This document shows positions 17,425 through 27,295 of a stretch of DNA of 64,000 nucleotides, in pieces. The DNA comes from a virus (taxonomy: Duplodnaviria > Caudoviricetes). The DNA is taken from the IMG/VR virus record IMGVR_UViG_3300033067_000724, positions 2,439-66,438 of that record. One strand, 5' to 3'. Position 1 is the first letter of the stretch. Each line of letters opens with the position of its first letter. A program made the translations under genes and the position numbers. The notes beneath the pieces were generated by a model, which ran no database searches, was not told the DNA's origin, and saw only the letters and a list, made by a program, of their open reading frames with translations.

Positions 17425-18410
17425 TGATTTACGGCGATTCACAAAACATTTTATGGAACTTAAAGCTACTTCTAGATTCCGCTTTTCTGCGCGATGGACA
17501 CTTCCACAACGTAAGTCGTGGCCTGACCATAAGGAGCGTAGATGTTTCCAAACTTGTACGTGATGCGTCGTCTGATTCATACTTTGCAGGCATATCTGGC
17601 GCGCAGGTATGGCAGTCACCATATAAAGAATGGGTGTATGAATCAGGTATTACGATGAATGATTCTCCATATATTTCTGGAATGACACCGCCAGTTGTAG
17701 CATCTGGTATATATGTAAATGGAACATTCTTTTCTAATAGCGTATCTGGTAATGCTTTTAATATTGATTATATGAATGGACGAGTTGTGTTTACTGGTAC
17801 AGGTATTCCAACAAATAGTTTCGTACAAGCGGTATATTCTTATAGGGATTTTAGGGTAGATTTTTCAAACAGATTTGCTCGCTCAGATATTGAATATCAT
17901 GCAGAAACAGAACTAAAAGACAATCCATATACAAATGGCAATGAGCTATACCCATCTGGTGGACATAAGGTTGGACTACTCCCTGCTATATTTTTAGAGT
18001 TAGGAGAAGATAGTCAAAGTGCATACGAACTAGGAAATCGCTCATCTATTCTAAATCAGCCAATCTACTGTCATGTATACGCTTATTCAACTATGGAGCG
18101 AGATTCGGCAATGGACCTAATTAGAAGTCGTTGGCATATTCAAATGCCACTTATTGACTTTAATTTCGCACCATTCCCACTATCAGGATTAGTGGCGACT
18201 ATTTCACCAGCATATATTCCATTTCAAACAATGTTAGAAAACGTTAAATATAATGGTAATAATGTAATCTCTAAGCATTATACCTTTGAAGAAGTTAGGG
18301 GGCGTCCATTGGATTCCTTACTAAGATTAGAGAGAGGGGTAGTAGAAATTAACACAAATATATATAATATTGCACCTACAGGTCGCATAGCACGAAATCC
18401 ATATGTATAA
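17424..18410 (+). CDS. Putative tail terminator/completion protein
   Basis: Immediately upstream of tail tube gene; LPAIFLE...SAYELGN...HVYA pattern. Confidence 0.5.
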   Translation: MIYGDSQNILWNLKLLLDSAFLRDGHFHNVSRGLTIRSVDVSKLVRDASSDSYFAGISGAQVWQSPYKEWVYESGITMNDSPYISGMTPPVVASGIYVNGTFFSNSVSGNAFNIDYMNGRVVFTGTGIPTNSFVQAVYSYRDFRVDFSNRFARSDIEYHAETELKDNPYTNGNELYPSGGHKVGLLPAIFLELGEDSQSAYELGNRSSILNQPIYCHVYAYSTMERDSAMDLIRSRWHIQMPLIDFNFAPFPLSGLVATISPAYIPFQTMLENVKYNGNNVISKHYTFEEVRGRPLDSLLRLERGVVEINTNIYNIAPTGRIARNPYV

Positions 18411-18414
18411 ATTA

Positions 18415-18424
18415 GTGTATAATA
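18415..18424 (+). promoter_or_regulatory. Putative late promoter GTGTATAATA (tail tube)
   Basis: Exact motif; followed by small leader hairpin TCTGCC-TAG-GGCAGA (18440-18454). Confidence 0.7.
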
Positions 18425-18477
18425 AACTAGTATTTTCACTCTGCCTAGGGCAGACGTATCAAAAGGAAAGTTAAAAA

Positions 18478-19782
18478 ATGGCCAACTCAAGGACTTTTTA
18501 TCCAGTTTTCCAGGTTGCAATTAAGGACAATGCTGCAAGTCCTACTCACAATATTGCTCCTGTAAATTCTAAGGAACACGCTTCAGGTTGGGCAATGCTT
18601 AACCAGGCGGCTGTAGACGAAGTTGCTGGCAAGTGGGAAGTAGTACGTGGCGTACAGAGCGTTGGTGTAACAACAAACTTCGTTACAGAACAAGCCTTCC
18701 AACTTGGTCAGTTAGAACTTTATGAAGTGTCTGAACGTCAACCAGAAATAGAAGCTACAATGGAAAAGGTACTTGATGGTACCAAGCCTCTATTCCTAAT
18801 GACAACAGACCCTGCGTACAACACTGGTATCGTAAGCAAACTATCAACATATCGTGTTGACGTTGCCCTAGGTATCTATGCTGATACACAAACACGCGCA
18901 CAAAGCAATCCAAAATCAATTGCTACTCTATCAGGTATGTATCTATCTGCAGTATCGTATACATTCCAAGTAGATGGCGCCTCAATGGAATCAATTACAC
19001 TTGTTGGTAACGACAAGAAATGGGCTCTATTAGATACAAGCATCTCAGGTCACGATGATGCAATTTCAGTTGCTACAACTAATGCTGGTGGTGATGCAGA
19101 GGCTCCAGAAGGTATTCCTCTTGGTGCATTCTCTGGTCTACAAGAATTAGCTGGTGGTACTGCTACTGCTAACTTAACTCGTGTTGTTGGTTCTGGTATT
19201 ACTCGTCGTGAAGAGGTTCAGATTTCACGTTCAGTTCTACCATTCGCAATCCCTGGTTGCTCAGGTGCTGCTACAGATACAATTCTACCAGAATCTCTTG
19301 GTTTCGCATCTGGTACAGCAATTACACGTATTTGGGCTAATACAGATAATATCGTTGAACATCTACAATCAATCTCGATTTCAGTAGACTTCGGTCGTGA
19401 AGATATCTTCGAACTTGGTTCTAAGCGTCCATTCCTTAAGAAGGCCACTTATCCAATCGAAGTAACTTGTGCCATTGAAGTTGTAACATCTGAAGGCGAC
19501 TTAATTGACGCAATCTCAGGACGTGACTGCGGTGCTGACCAAATGAGTCAGAATAACACAATCATTGTTCGTACTTGCGATGGTCTACAGGTAGACCTTG
19601 GTGACACTTGCTTCCTAGAATCAATTGACCAGGGTGGAGCCGGTACTGATGGTGGTGACATGACAATCACTTATAACTATAAGGGTTTCAACGTCTTCAA
19701 CGTTACACACGACTTCTTCTCTCCTAACCACAGAGTATATGTCAAGGCAACTGGTGGTTCTCGCTTTAACTTAACAGCATAA
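18478..19782 (+). CDS. Major tail (tube) protein
   Basis: Own promoter and terminator, high-expression codons; GVQSVGVTTNF.TEQAFQLGQLELYE and LQSISISVDFGREDIFELG beta-strand patterns. Confidence 0.75.
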   Translation: MANSRTFYPVFQVAIKDNAASPTHNIAPVNSKEHASGWAMLNQAAVDEVAGKWEVVRGVQSVGVTTNFVTEQAFQLGQLELYEVSERQPEIEATMEKVLDGTKPLFLMTTDPAYNTGIVSKLSTYRVDVALGIYADTQTRAQSNPKSIATLSGMYLSAVSYTFQVDGASMESITLVGNDKKWALLDTSISGHDDAISVATTNAGGDAEAPEGIPLGAFSGLQELAGGTATANLTRVVGSGITRREEVQISRSVLPFAIPGCSGAATDTILPESLGFASGTAITRIWANTDNIVEHLQSISISVDFGREDIFELGSKRPFLKKATYPIEVTCAIEVVTSEGDLIDAISGRDCGADQMSQNNTIIVRTCDGLQVDLGDTCFLESIDQGGAGTDGGDMTITYNYKGFNVFNVTHDFFSPNHRVYVKATGGSRFNLTA

Positions 19783-19796
19783 ACTGATTAGGTTTC

Positions 19797-19831
19797 GGGT
19801 GGTGCGGATAGGTCCGCACCACCCTTTTTTT
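19797..19831 (+). terminator. Rho-independent terminator
   Basis: Perfect 12-bp stem GGGTGGTGCGGA-TAGG-TCCGCACCACCC + T7. Confidence 0.92.
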
Positions 19832-19846
19832 GGAATAGGACACATT

Positions 19847-20989
19847 ATGGAAAAGGATGCTACCGCATCGTTATTAAACGAGTTAATCGCTTCACGTAAA
19901 CTTATTGTTTCTAGTAAAGGCCCACTTTGGTATGTCTTTCCTGGTATAAAACAGAAGTTATATATGAAGTATGTATATGACACAAAACTTGCTTTATACA
20001 AAAGCCAGGGTGTTCAGACTATTGAAGAGTCTCTAAAAACACACAAAGACCTTGGCCTTTGGGACGACCTTAAAGAAAAGAACTTAACGCTTCTACCTAA
20101 GTTTATCAAAGAAACTGAGGAGAATATTAAGAAAGAACCTCATAGAGCCCGCAAAAAGAAATTTGAATTGTGGCTCCGTACTCTCCAAAGAGAATATGTA
20201 AATCTCATGAATGGTCGTAATACTACCCTGCTCAACTCTGCTGAGTACCTCGCAAATGATGCCGCAACACATTACCTGATGTGGGAATGTATTAGGAATT
20301 ATGATGATTCTAGAATTTGGCCAACATTTGAAGATGCACAAAACTCTTCTGATATTGAGTATTTAGAAGAATTGTCAAACCTATTCTTAGAAGCCAGCAA
20401 AGACTCTGATGAATCAGACCTACGCAAGATTGCCAGGATGGGGATGTGGAGGATACGTTGGAGGGCCGTAGAGGGCGATATGAACGAGTTGTTTGGAAGG
20501 ACTGCACAGGACCTCACCAACGACCAATTCCTATTAATTTATTGGTCCCAGGTGTACGATTCAGTTTATGAGAATATGGAACGACCACCTGATTCTATCA
20601 TTGAAGATGATGACGCTTTAGACGAATGGCTCAAATTAGAGTCAGAAAAACGCGATAGAGAAGTGGGACAAAGATACTATGGTAAATCAAACTCTAAGCC
20701 TGGTCATAAGTCAAAAATTGACAATGCAACAGAAGTCTTCAAAGTAATTGATGGAGCCTATAATGAAAAGGGAGAGTTTGTTCCATATACAGAAGAGCAG
20801 CGTTGGGCTGAGATTGAGAGAATTCGTAAATTGAATTCACCAATGGCGCGTGCAATTAAGCAGCGCGAAGAGAAAATGTTAGCTAAAACTCCTGGAGTAT
20901 TTTTCCAGGAACATGAGTTACGTAGAGATAAAACAGACCGCGAAACAATGGGCGGAAATGTTGATGTTGTTGATAAAAGGAAAAGGTAA
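19847..20989 (+). CDS. Putative tail assembly chaperone-like protein
   Basis: Between tube and tape measure; true start ATG 19847 (AGGA SD), track start 19799 lies in the terminator. Confidence 0.5.
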   Translation: MEKDATASLLNELIASRKLIVSSKGPLWYVFPGIKQKLYMKYVYDTKLALYKSQGVQTIEESLKTHKDLGLWDDLKEKNLTLLPKFIKETEENIKKEPHRARKKKFELWLRTLQREYVNLMNGRNTTLLNSAEYLANDAATHYLMWECIRNYDDSRIWPTFEDAQNSSDIEYLEELSNLFLEASKDSDESDLRKIARMGMWRIRWRAVEGDMNELFGRTAQDLTNDQFLLIYWSQVYDSVYENMERPPDSIIEDDDALDEWLKLESEKRDREVGQRYYGKSNSKPGHKSKIDNATEVFKVIDGAYNEKGEFVPYTEEQRWAEIERIRKLNSPMARAIKQREEKMLAKTPGVFFQEHELRRDKTDRETMGGNVDVVDKRKR

Positions 20990-20992
20990 AAA

Positions 20993-21547
20993 ATGAAAGA
21001 TTTTAGAGATAGGTCAAAAGAAAGATTAGATGGTGAAATGGCCAAACTATTCCATGATTTAATGGTTAGTTGTTTAGATAGAGCAGAGAAAATACTACGC
21101 CCAGACTTACGTAGCCAGCAATGGACACAATTTAGATTTGGTATACTTAATTTAGGTAATGACAAGATTAGGCAGTTTAGAGATAGATTAGCCGACTATT
21201 CAGTTGAGTTTAGGCCAGCCATTTTTAGTGTAGAATATAATGTAGACGTTCCTCTAGAAAACGTTGTTGAAATAACTTTTAGCAAATCTACCGACAAAGA
21301 TGTGTTCTTTAAACTCAAAACAAACTCAAGAGTCGTAGTAGAAACTCTAAAAGGGAATCTGACTTGTGGCGATATTATATCCTCTGACGATGGTAAACAA
21401 TGGACTTTTATCGTAGAAGATTTATTTAGTATCTTCCACAAGCTGATTCCATACTTTGACAACAATAATAGTTTTAAAGGTCAGACACTAGATAGGTATA
21501 AGGAGTGGAAAGAAAAGGTTTATTCAATGGAGAAGGGCAATGCTTAA
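20993..21547 (+). CDS. Hypothetical protein
   Basis: ORF in tail operon. Confidence 0.65.
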   Translation: MKDFRDRSKERLDGEMAKLFHDLMVSCLDRAEKILRPDLRSQQWTQFRFGILNLGNDKIRQFRDRLADYSVEFRPAIFSVEYNVDVPLENVVEITFSKSTDKDVFFKLKTNSRVVVETLKGNLTCGDIISSDDGKQWTFIVEDLFSIFHKLIPYFDNNNSFKGQTLDRYKEWKEKVYSMEKGNA

Positions 21548-22253
21548 GAAACACTTAAAGATTCAATTTCAGAAAGACGGCCAAAAAATTAAAGTAATGG
21601 TCGCTCCTGCGTCCTATAAAGTTGACCAGGAATTAAAAACTGCATATGCTGTAGCATATCGTCAGGCAATTACGCTTGGTGTCGCAACTCGTTCCTCAAT
21701 GTTAGAACTCTTAAAGAAAGAGAAAATTTGGGGCGATGAAGAAGAAGAGAAACTTCTCCAAAAGAGTATTGAGACTGCTGCCTATGAAGCCGGTCTTGGT
21801 GTTGCGGTAAAGAGTGGCTCAAAGCAAGACCAAAAGTTGGCCGCTTTACGCCTAGTTGCTGCGCGAAGTCATCTTTATGAGTTAATTAAGATTAAAAGCA
21901 CACCACTTGAGCATACTGCCGAATCAATTGCAGAAGATGTACGTATTGACAAATACATCTCACTATCTACATTTTTTGAAGATGGTAAGCCATTTTTCAA
22001 GAATCATGAAGACTTTCTAAATAGACGCGCAGATGCAGACGTATCTAAAATTTATAATGCAGTTGTTGAAGAATTAAGCAAAGACAACTTTGAAATTCTA
22101 CGCAAACTACCTGAAAACGCTTGGCTTATGTCAAACGGCATGATGAGCGAAGAGGGTGAGGTTAACGAAAAAGAATTAGTTGCTACACTATTTGAGCCAA
22201 AAGATGAGCCACAAACAGTTGCAGAAATTATCAAAAAAGAGGAAATTAGTTAA
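21540..22253 (+). CDS. Putative tail assembly chaperone
   Basis: Directly upstream of tape measure; helical, charged. Confidence 0.5.
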   Translation: MLKKHLKIQFQKDGQKIKVMVAPASYKVDQELKTAYAVAYRQAITLGVATRSSMLELLKKEKIWGDEEEEKLLQKSIETAAYEAGLGVAVKSGSKQDQKLAALRLVAARSHLYELIKIKSTPLEHTAESIAEDVRIDKYISLSTFFEDGKPFFKNHEDFLNRRADADVSKIYNAVVEELSKDNFEILRKLPENAWLMSNGMMSEEGEVNEKELVATLFEPKDEPQTVAEIIKKEEIS

Positions 22254-25200
22254 TGCCTAGACAGTTCCTACTACAAGGTTCTGCGGTTATTCGCAAGATT
22301 CAAATAAGTGCTGCTGCTCGTCAGCAGTTACAGAATCTTGTTATTAACGTTGATGTAAGTAAAGTTCAACACGCTTTGAACCAATTGGGAACTCAAATTC
22401 AAAATATCTTTAAGCCAATTCAAAAAGCTGGCTCTTCTTCATCTGGTATGCAAAAGCTTGCTTCATCTATTAATGGTGTTACAAATGCTGCAAATAGGGC
22501 GTCTACTGCAACTAAGAAGGTCGACGCTCTATTATTCCAGGTTATCCGAAAGGCGTCTGCGTTCAGAATTTCAACGATTATCATTAACAGTTTCTTCAAT
22601 GCTATTAATGATGCAACACGTTTTACAATTGCATTTGACAGTTCACTACGCGACATTAACAAAATCTTAAGACTCAATGACTCTGACTTACAGAAGTTAG
22701 GAGAAGGTCTTATTAACATTGCTATGCGTTATAACCAATCTGCTGAAGAAGTAGCACTTGCTGCTAAGTCTGCTGCTCAGGCTGGTCTATTCAAAAATAG
22801 CGCAACTGGTGCAGAAAAGACTGCTGTAACACTAGACCTTGCTGCTAAGGCTGCAATGATTGCACAAACTTCTACATTAAGTTATGAAGAATCCCTACAG
22901 GCCCTACTATCAATTTCTAAGCAGACTTCTACATCTATTGAAGATGCCACAATCCTTCTAACAAAGTTCTCAGCAGTAGAAGACGCATCTGCTATTGATG
23001 CAAAAGAATTAACAGAAGTATTCAAACGTGCCGGTACATCTATTAGTCAGGCGTTCGGTCCAAATCTTAATACTGCTATTGGTGGTATCTCTGCCCTTCT
23101 AGAACGTACTCGTGCTAGCGGTCCAGTTATCGCAACATTCTTTAAGACATTAGTTTCTCGTCTACAGGGCACAAACAAAGAAGTTGTACAAGCATTTGAT
23201 AGCCTTGGTATCTCTATTGAAGATAAATTAACAAGCCGTATCAAGCAGCCATTTGAGCTTTTAACTGAACTATCTGAAAAACTAAAAGGCAAAGGTGGCG
23301 CAGACACTGGTAGAATTATTGGTCAAATTGGTGGTATTCGTCAAGCCGAATTATTCAAGGCTCTTTTAGAAGAACTTCCAAAAACACAAGGTGGAACATC
23401 TCGTTCTACAGAACTTGCTGCCGCTGCTGCAACTGGATTTGCTGACCAGATTAAAAAGGCTGAACAAGATTCTGCAAAACTTTCTGCTAGAATAAACGAA
23501 CTTCAACAGAGTTTCTACGGTTTCGTACACTCAATGAAGGATAAATTACTACCTACATTCGAAAAAGTTGTAGGATATGCAACACAACTTGTTAAACTAT
23601 TAACTGCAGATACAGGTTCTGGTTTATTAAAATCTCTTCTTGAAGTTGTAGCAATTGCTGGTACTGCTGGACTTGGTAATCAATTACTTGGTGGATTTTT
23701 AACAAAGAAAAAACAAACACCACAAGCATCTGCCGCTCAATCTGCGGCAGCACAAGCGGCTGGATATTCTTCTGTTGGTCTTCCTACACAAAAACGAGTT
23801 ACACTTGGTGCACAACAAAAGCCATGGAAGAAATTTGGAAACGTCATTAAGGATGCAACAAGTCATTTAACTGCATTTAGCACATCGTCAATGTTGCTTG
23901 CTTTAGCAACTAAAGGTGTAGCAGGTAAGATGGAAGAATCTGGCAACCAAGCACTAGTAGGTATGGGTAAAATACTTGATTCTTTTGCTGGATTACTTGT
24001 ATTAGGTCCTAAAATTGCAGCAATAGTTACATTATTTTCTACTTTAACTGATAATATTTCTGATACTTGGTTAGGTGGAAAAATTGGTCATTCCAAGGGT
24101 AATAATAGCATTGATGATGCAATAGCATTTGAAGAAAGTGAATTAAAAGATAATTTTAAAAATAATGTAAGAGATTTCTTAGATGGTGCAACAAAATTTA
24201 TTTTTGGAAAGAATAAAAAGAATGCATTTGCTAGAGATAAAGATTTATCTAGAGGGAACCTAGAAGAATTATATCAAAGAAAGAAAAGCACTATGTTTGA
24301 AGGTGGTGTTAATAAAGAAAACGTTGCTGAAGCAGATAGAATATTAAATGCATTTAATGGTACTATTAAAGAATTTTCTAATACTCTTGCAGAGGCAATG
24401 AATCAAACTGCACTTACAAAAGAAGATTTAAATGCAAAAGCAACAGAATTATTTAACACATTATCGGCTGATGATAAGGTTAAAGAGTTCTTTGATATTA
24501 TTAATAAGTCACCAGAGCAACTTGCTAAACTTGGTGTAGAACTTCAATCATTATTTCAAACAGCAATGAATGCTTCTGGTGGTACAATTGAACCTGAGAA
24601 ACAAAAGAAGGTCTTAGGAGACGTTGCAGCTAGATATGCTAGAAATCAAAACTTACGTGCTTTAATTCCACAAACTTCGTCTTATACAGACCAGAATGTT
24701 GAAGAAGATAAAAAACTTGCTGAAGAACGCTCTAAGGTAACAGAAGCAACATTCGAAGCATTAACAGCAGAAGAGGGATTATATGCCTCACGTAGTGGTG
24801 AAGGTATAAACTCATTACGTCGTATGATTGAATTAGAAAATGAAGTCAATCGTACAAAAGAACGAGCATATGCTATTGAAATAGAGAACATTAAACGCAA
24901 ACAAAAAGCAGATGCTGAAAGAGCATTTAAACAAGCACAAACTAAAAAATCTGTAGCAGACCAACTTCTTGAAGATAATATTGCCAAGCATAAGACAATT
25001 TCTCCTGAATTTTTCCAAATATTAACAGATGGAATTACAGAGGCAAATAAGGAATTAGAACAAGCAACAAAAGATTTTGCAAACTTTGCAAATAGCACTC
25101 AAAACGTAGAAGAATTAGCAAAGGCACAACGCAAGTTTGATGAAGAGCGTCTAAGTAATCTTGCTAAACAAATGGAAAATACTGCTAAACTTGTTGAAGC

Positions 25201-27295
25201 AGAAAAGCGTCTATTTGACTCTAGACTTGAACAATCTACTGCTCTTGCTATTGCAATTAACGATGAAGCGCAGGCGCGTGATTCATTAAAGCGCAATATG
25301 AATGGTAGAACTTCAACTTCTGGTGTAGAAGATGCAAAAGCAAGTATAGAATTTACAAGACGTGCAAATGAATATAAATTAGCATCTATGGCTATTGAAA
25401 TAGACAACCTTAAAAATATTCGTCAAGCCGCTCTTGATATGCGTAAGAAGGAATTAGAACAAATTCTTAAAATTGCAGAAGCGTCTCCAGATGCAAAAGA
25501 CCCAGAAAGTCAAAAGGGTATTCTTGCAACAAAGAAAGCAATTGCAGATATCGACAAAGATAGGGCAACTGTTGGAGAAGAAATTGCAAAGAAAGAAATG
25601 GAACGTCAAGCCCAGGTCATTAAGGGAAATATTGATGCAATTAATGGTGCATCAAGAGTTTATGATGAAGAAGAGAAACTAAAAGATATTCGACTACAAG
25701 GTGCAATGAAGTTAATTGACCTTTCTCGGGCTTTAAAGAATTCTACTAAGTCAATGTTTGATGCCCAAAAGGGTATTACAGATGCAATCCGTGGCAAGAT
25801 GGATGAAGCGGCTAATAATATTAAAGAAAAACGTGGTGCACTATCTGCTGCATTTGATGGTCTAAAGAGCGCAAGAGCGGCTCTAATTGACGCAATGCAA
25901 GGCGGAACAGACGCTTTCACAGACTTCAACTTTGAATTAGCAAAGGCTACAGTTGCTTCACGTAAAATCATGGGAGACTTCTTTGGTCTACGTGATGAAG
26001 CTGCCAATCTATCCACTGCACTAAACTCTGTAATCTCAGCAGCACAAGCAGCAGGAGCATCTGAAGAGAAGTTAACTGAACTTCGTCATCAGGCTGCATC
26101 TGAACAACTTGAAATTTTCTCAAGACTTCTAGACGAACAAAAGAGCAAAGCAGATAAATTCTTTACATCTTCTGGTCAAGATAGACAGGGGTTCGTACAA
26201 GGTCTTGCCGCAATTCAAAGTATCGTAAGTCAGTTTAATGGTAATATTGACAACTTTAGAGGAATGGACCAAGGTCAACTTAATGACCTAGGGCGTTCTC
26301 TCATGTCTCTACCTCAAGACCTACGTGAAAAAATCTCAGGCGCTTTAGACCAATTACCAAATGGTGTTGGTATCGCTGGCTTAACACAAGACCAGATTAA
26401 AGAAATTTTCCAAGGTGCTACACTTGGTGAATCTAAGGCTGTTGGTATTGAAAGACTTTCAGATACTATGCAAACAGTTGCAGACCTTACAAAGAACGTT
26501 GCAGAATTAAATAAGACACAATTAGTAAATCAACAGAAGAGTATGGTTGACCTTCGTGCCAACGTTGCAAATGCAAAAGAACAAGTATTAATTGCTAAGA
26601 ACGCTCTATATCAGGCACAACTTGATGCAGCAAGTACACAAAAGGCAATTAGAGATGTAATGTCAACAATTGATTCTCAAATCGGAGAATACCGTCAAGA
26701 ATTTAAGAATAAAGCCGATTTAATTATCGCATCAACAAAAGACCCACAAGAAAGACAAGAAAAATTAATTCAACTACAGATTGAGTTAAATGATAAGATT
26801 ACAGAAATTCTAAATGGTAAACAGGGAGATATTGGAAAAGCAGGACCTGGATTTAAAGTAGACACACTTAATGGTGGTGCACCAGCTGCAATACGTACTG
26901 GTCCAGGTGCAGAAATGGCTAACTATATTGGCGATGCAATCAATAAGGCTAATAAAGAACTATCAGATTCAATGGGTAATCTAAGAGCATTATTATCAGG
27001 AGCATGGTCTGATAAGATGGGTGAGAATACAGACGCGATGAGTAGGTTGTCAGAACAGATTGCAACCGCAGCTTCTTCTAAGTTAGAAGATACTAAGGCT
27101 GAAATCAATATTAACCAGACCCAGACAATTGATATTACTGGCGCAACTGAAATGGTTCAACAGATTATGAACGCGCTTAACACTCGTGGATTCGTTACAG
27201 AAGAAGAGTTAAATGATATTAGAGTGACAATCGGTAAGATTGTTGAAGACCAAATCCGTGCTGGTGCTGCACGACCAGGAGCTTTGTTTAGATAA
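22253..27295 (+). CDS. Tail tape measure protein
   Basis: 1680 aa, Ala/Lys/Glu helical; TP901-like segment (AFDSSLRDINKIL...GTSISQAFG...IGGISALLERTRASGPVIATFFKTL). Confidence 0.9.
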   Translation: MPRQFLLQGSAVIRKIQISAAARQQLQNLVINVDVSKVQHALNQLGTQIQNIFKPIQKAGSSSSGMQKLASSINGVTNAANRASTATKKVDALLFQVIRKASAFRISTIIINSFFNAINDATRFTIAFDSSLRDINKILRLNDSDLQKLGEGLINIAMRYNQSAEEVALAAKSAAQAGLFKNSATGAEKTAVTLDLAAKAAMIAQTSTLSYEESLQALLSISKQTSTSIEDATILLTKFSAVEDASAIDAKELTEVFKRAGTSISQAFGPNLNTAIGGISALLERTRASGPVIATFFKTLVSRLQGTNKEVVQAFDSLGISIEDKLTSRIKQPFELLTELSEKLKGKGGADTGRIIGQIGGIRQAELFKALLEELPKTQGGTSRSTELAAAAATGFADQIKKAEQDSAKLSARINELQQSFYGFVHSMKDKLLPTFEKVVGYATQLVKLLTADTGSGLLKSLLEVVAIAGTAGLGNQLLGGFLTKKKQTPQASAAQSAAAQAAGYSSVGLPTQKRVTLGAQQKPWKKFGNVIKDATSHLTAFSTSSMLLALATKGVAGKMEESGNQALVGMGKILDSFAGLLVLGPKIAAIVTLFSTLTDNISDTWLGGKIGHSKGNNSIDDAIAFEESELKDNFKNNVRDFLDGATKFIFGKNKKNAFARDKDLSRGNLEELYQRKKSTMFEGGVNKENVAEADRILNAFNGTIKEFSNTLAEAMNQTALTKEDLNAKATELFNTLSADDKVKEFFDIINKSPEQLAKLGVELQSLFQTAMNASGGTIEPEKQKKVLGDVAARYARNQNLRALIPQTSSYTDQNVEEDKKLAEERSKVTEATFEALTAEEGLYASRSGEGINSLRRMIELENEVNRTKERAYAIEIENIKRKQKADAERAFKQAQTKKSVADQLLEDNIAKHKTISPEFFQILTDGITEANKELEQATKDFANFANSTQNVEELAKAQRKFDEERLSNLAKQMENTAKLVEAEKRLFDSRLEQSTALAIAINDEAQARDSLKRNMNGRTSTSGVEDAKASIEFTRRANEYKLASMAIEIDNLKNIRQAALDMRKKELEQILKIAEASPDAKDPESQKGILATKKAIADIDKDRATVGEEIAKKEMERQAQVIKGNIDAINGASRVYDEEEKLKDIRLQGAMKLIDLSRALKNSTKSMFDAQKGITDAIRGKMDEAANNIKEKRGALSAAFDGLKSARAALIDAMQGGTDAFTDFNFELAKATVASRKIMGDFFGLRDEAANLSTALNSVISAAQAAGASEEKLTELRHQAASEQLEIFSRLLDEQKSKADKFFTSSGQDRQGFVQGLAAIQSIVSQFNGNIDNFRGMDQGQLNDLGRSLMSLPQDLREKISGALDQLPNGVGIAGLTQDQIKEIFQGATLGESKAVGIERLSDTMQTVADLTKNVAELNKTQLVNQQKSMVDLRANVANAKEQVLIAKNALYQAQLDAASTQKAIRDVMSTIDSQIGEYRQEFKNKADLIIASTKDPQERQEKLIQLQIELNDKITEILNGKQGDIGKAGPGFKVDTLNGGAPAAIRTGPGAEMANYIGDAINKANKELSDSMGNLRALLSGAWSDKMGENTDAMSRLSEQIATAASSKLEDTKAEININQTQTIDITGATEMVQQIMNALNTRGFVTEEELNDIRVTIGKIVEDQIRAGAARPGALFR

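Noticed and set aside
19799-19846. ORF-track start (GTG 19799) for the gene after the tail tube
   Set aside because: Lies within the terminator hairpin; ATG 19847 with AGGA SD is the plausible start.
21540-22253. Programmed -1 frameshift in the tail chaperone (A-rich run near 22232)
   Set aside because: Codons ATC AAA AAA GAG do not place a canonical X XXY YYZ heptamer in frame, and the -1 frame is the tape measure itself; no support.
7997-26016. Long antisense ORFs (e.g. 11213..11740, 12995..13360, 24682..25098, 25660..26016)
   Set aside because: Shadows of strongly biased plus-strand genes; no SD or recognisable motifs.
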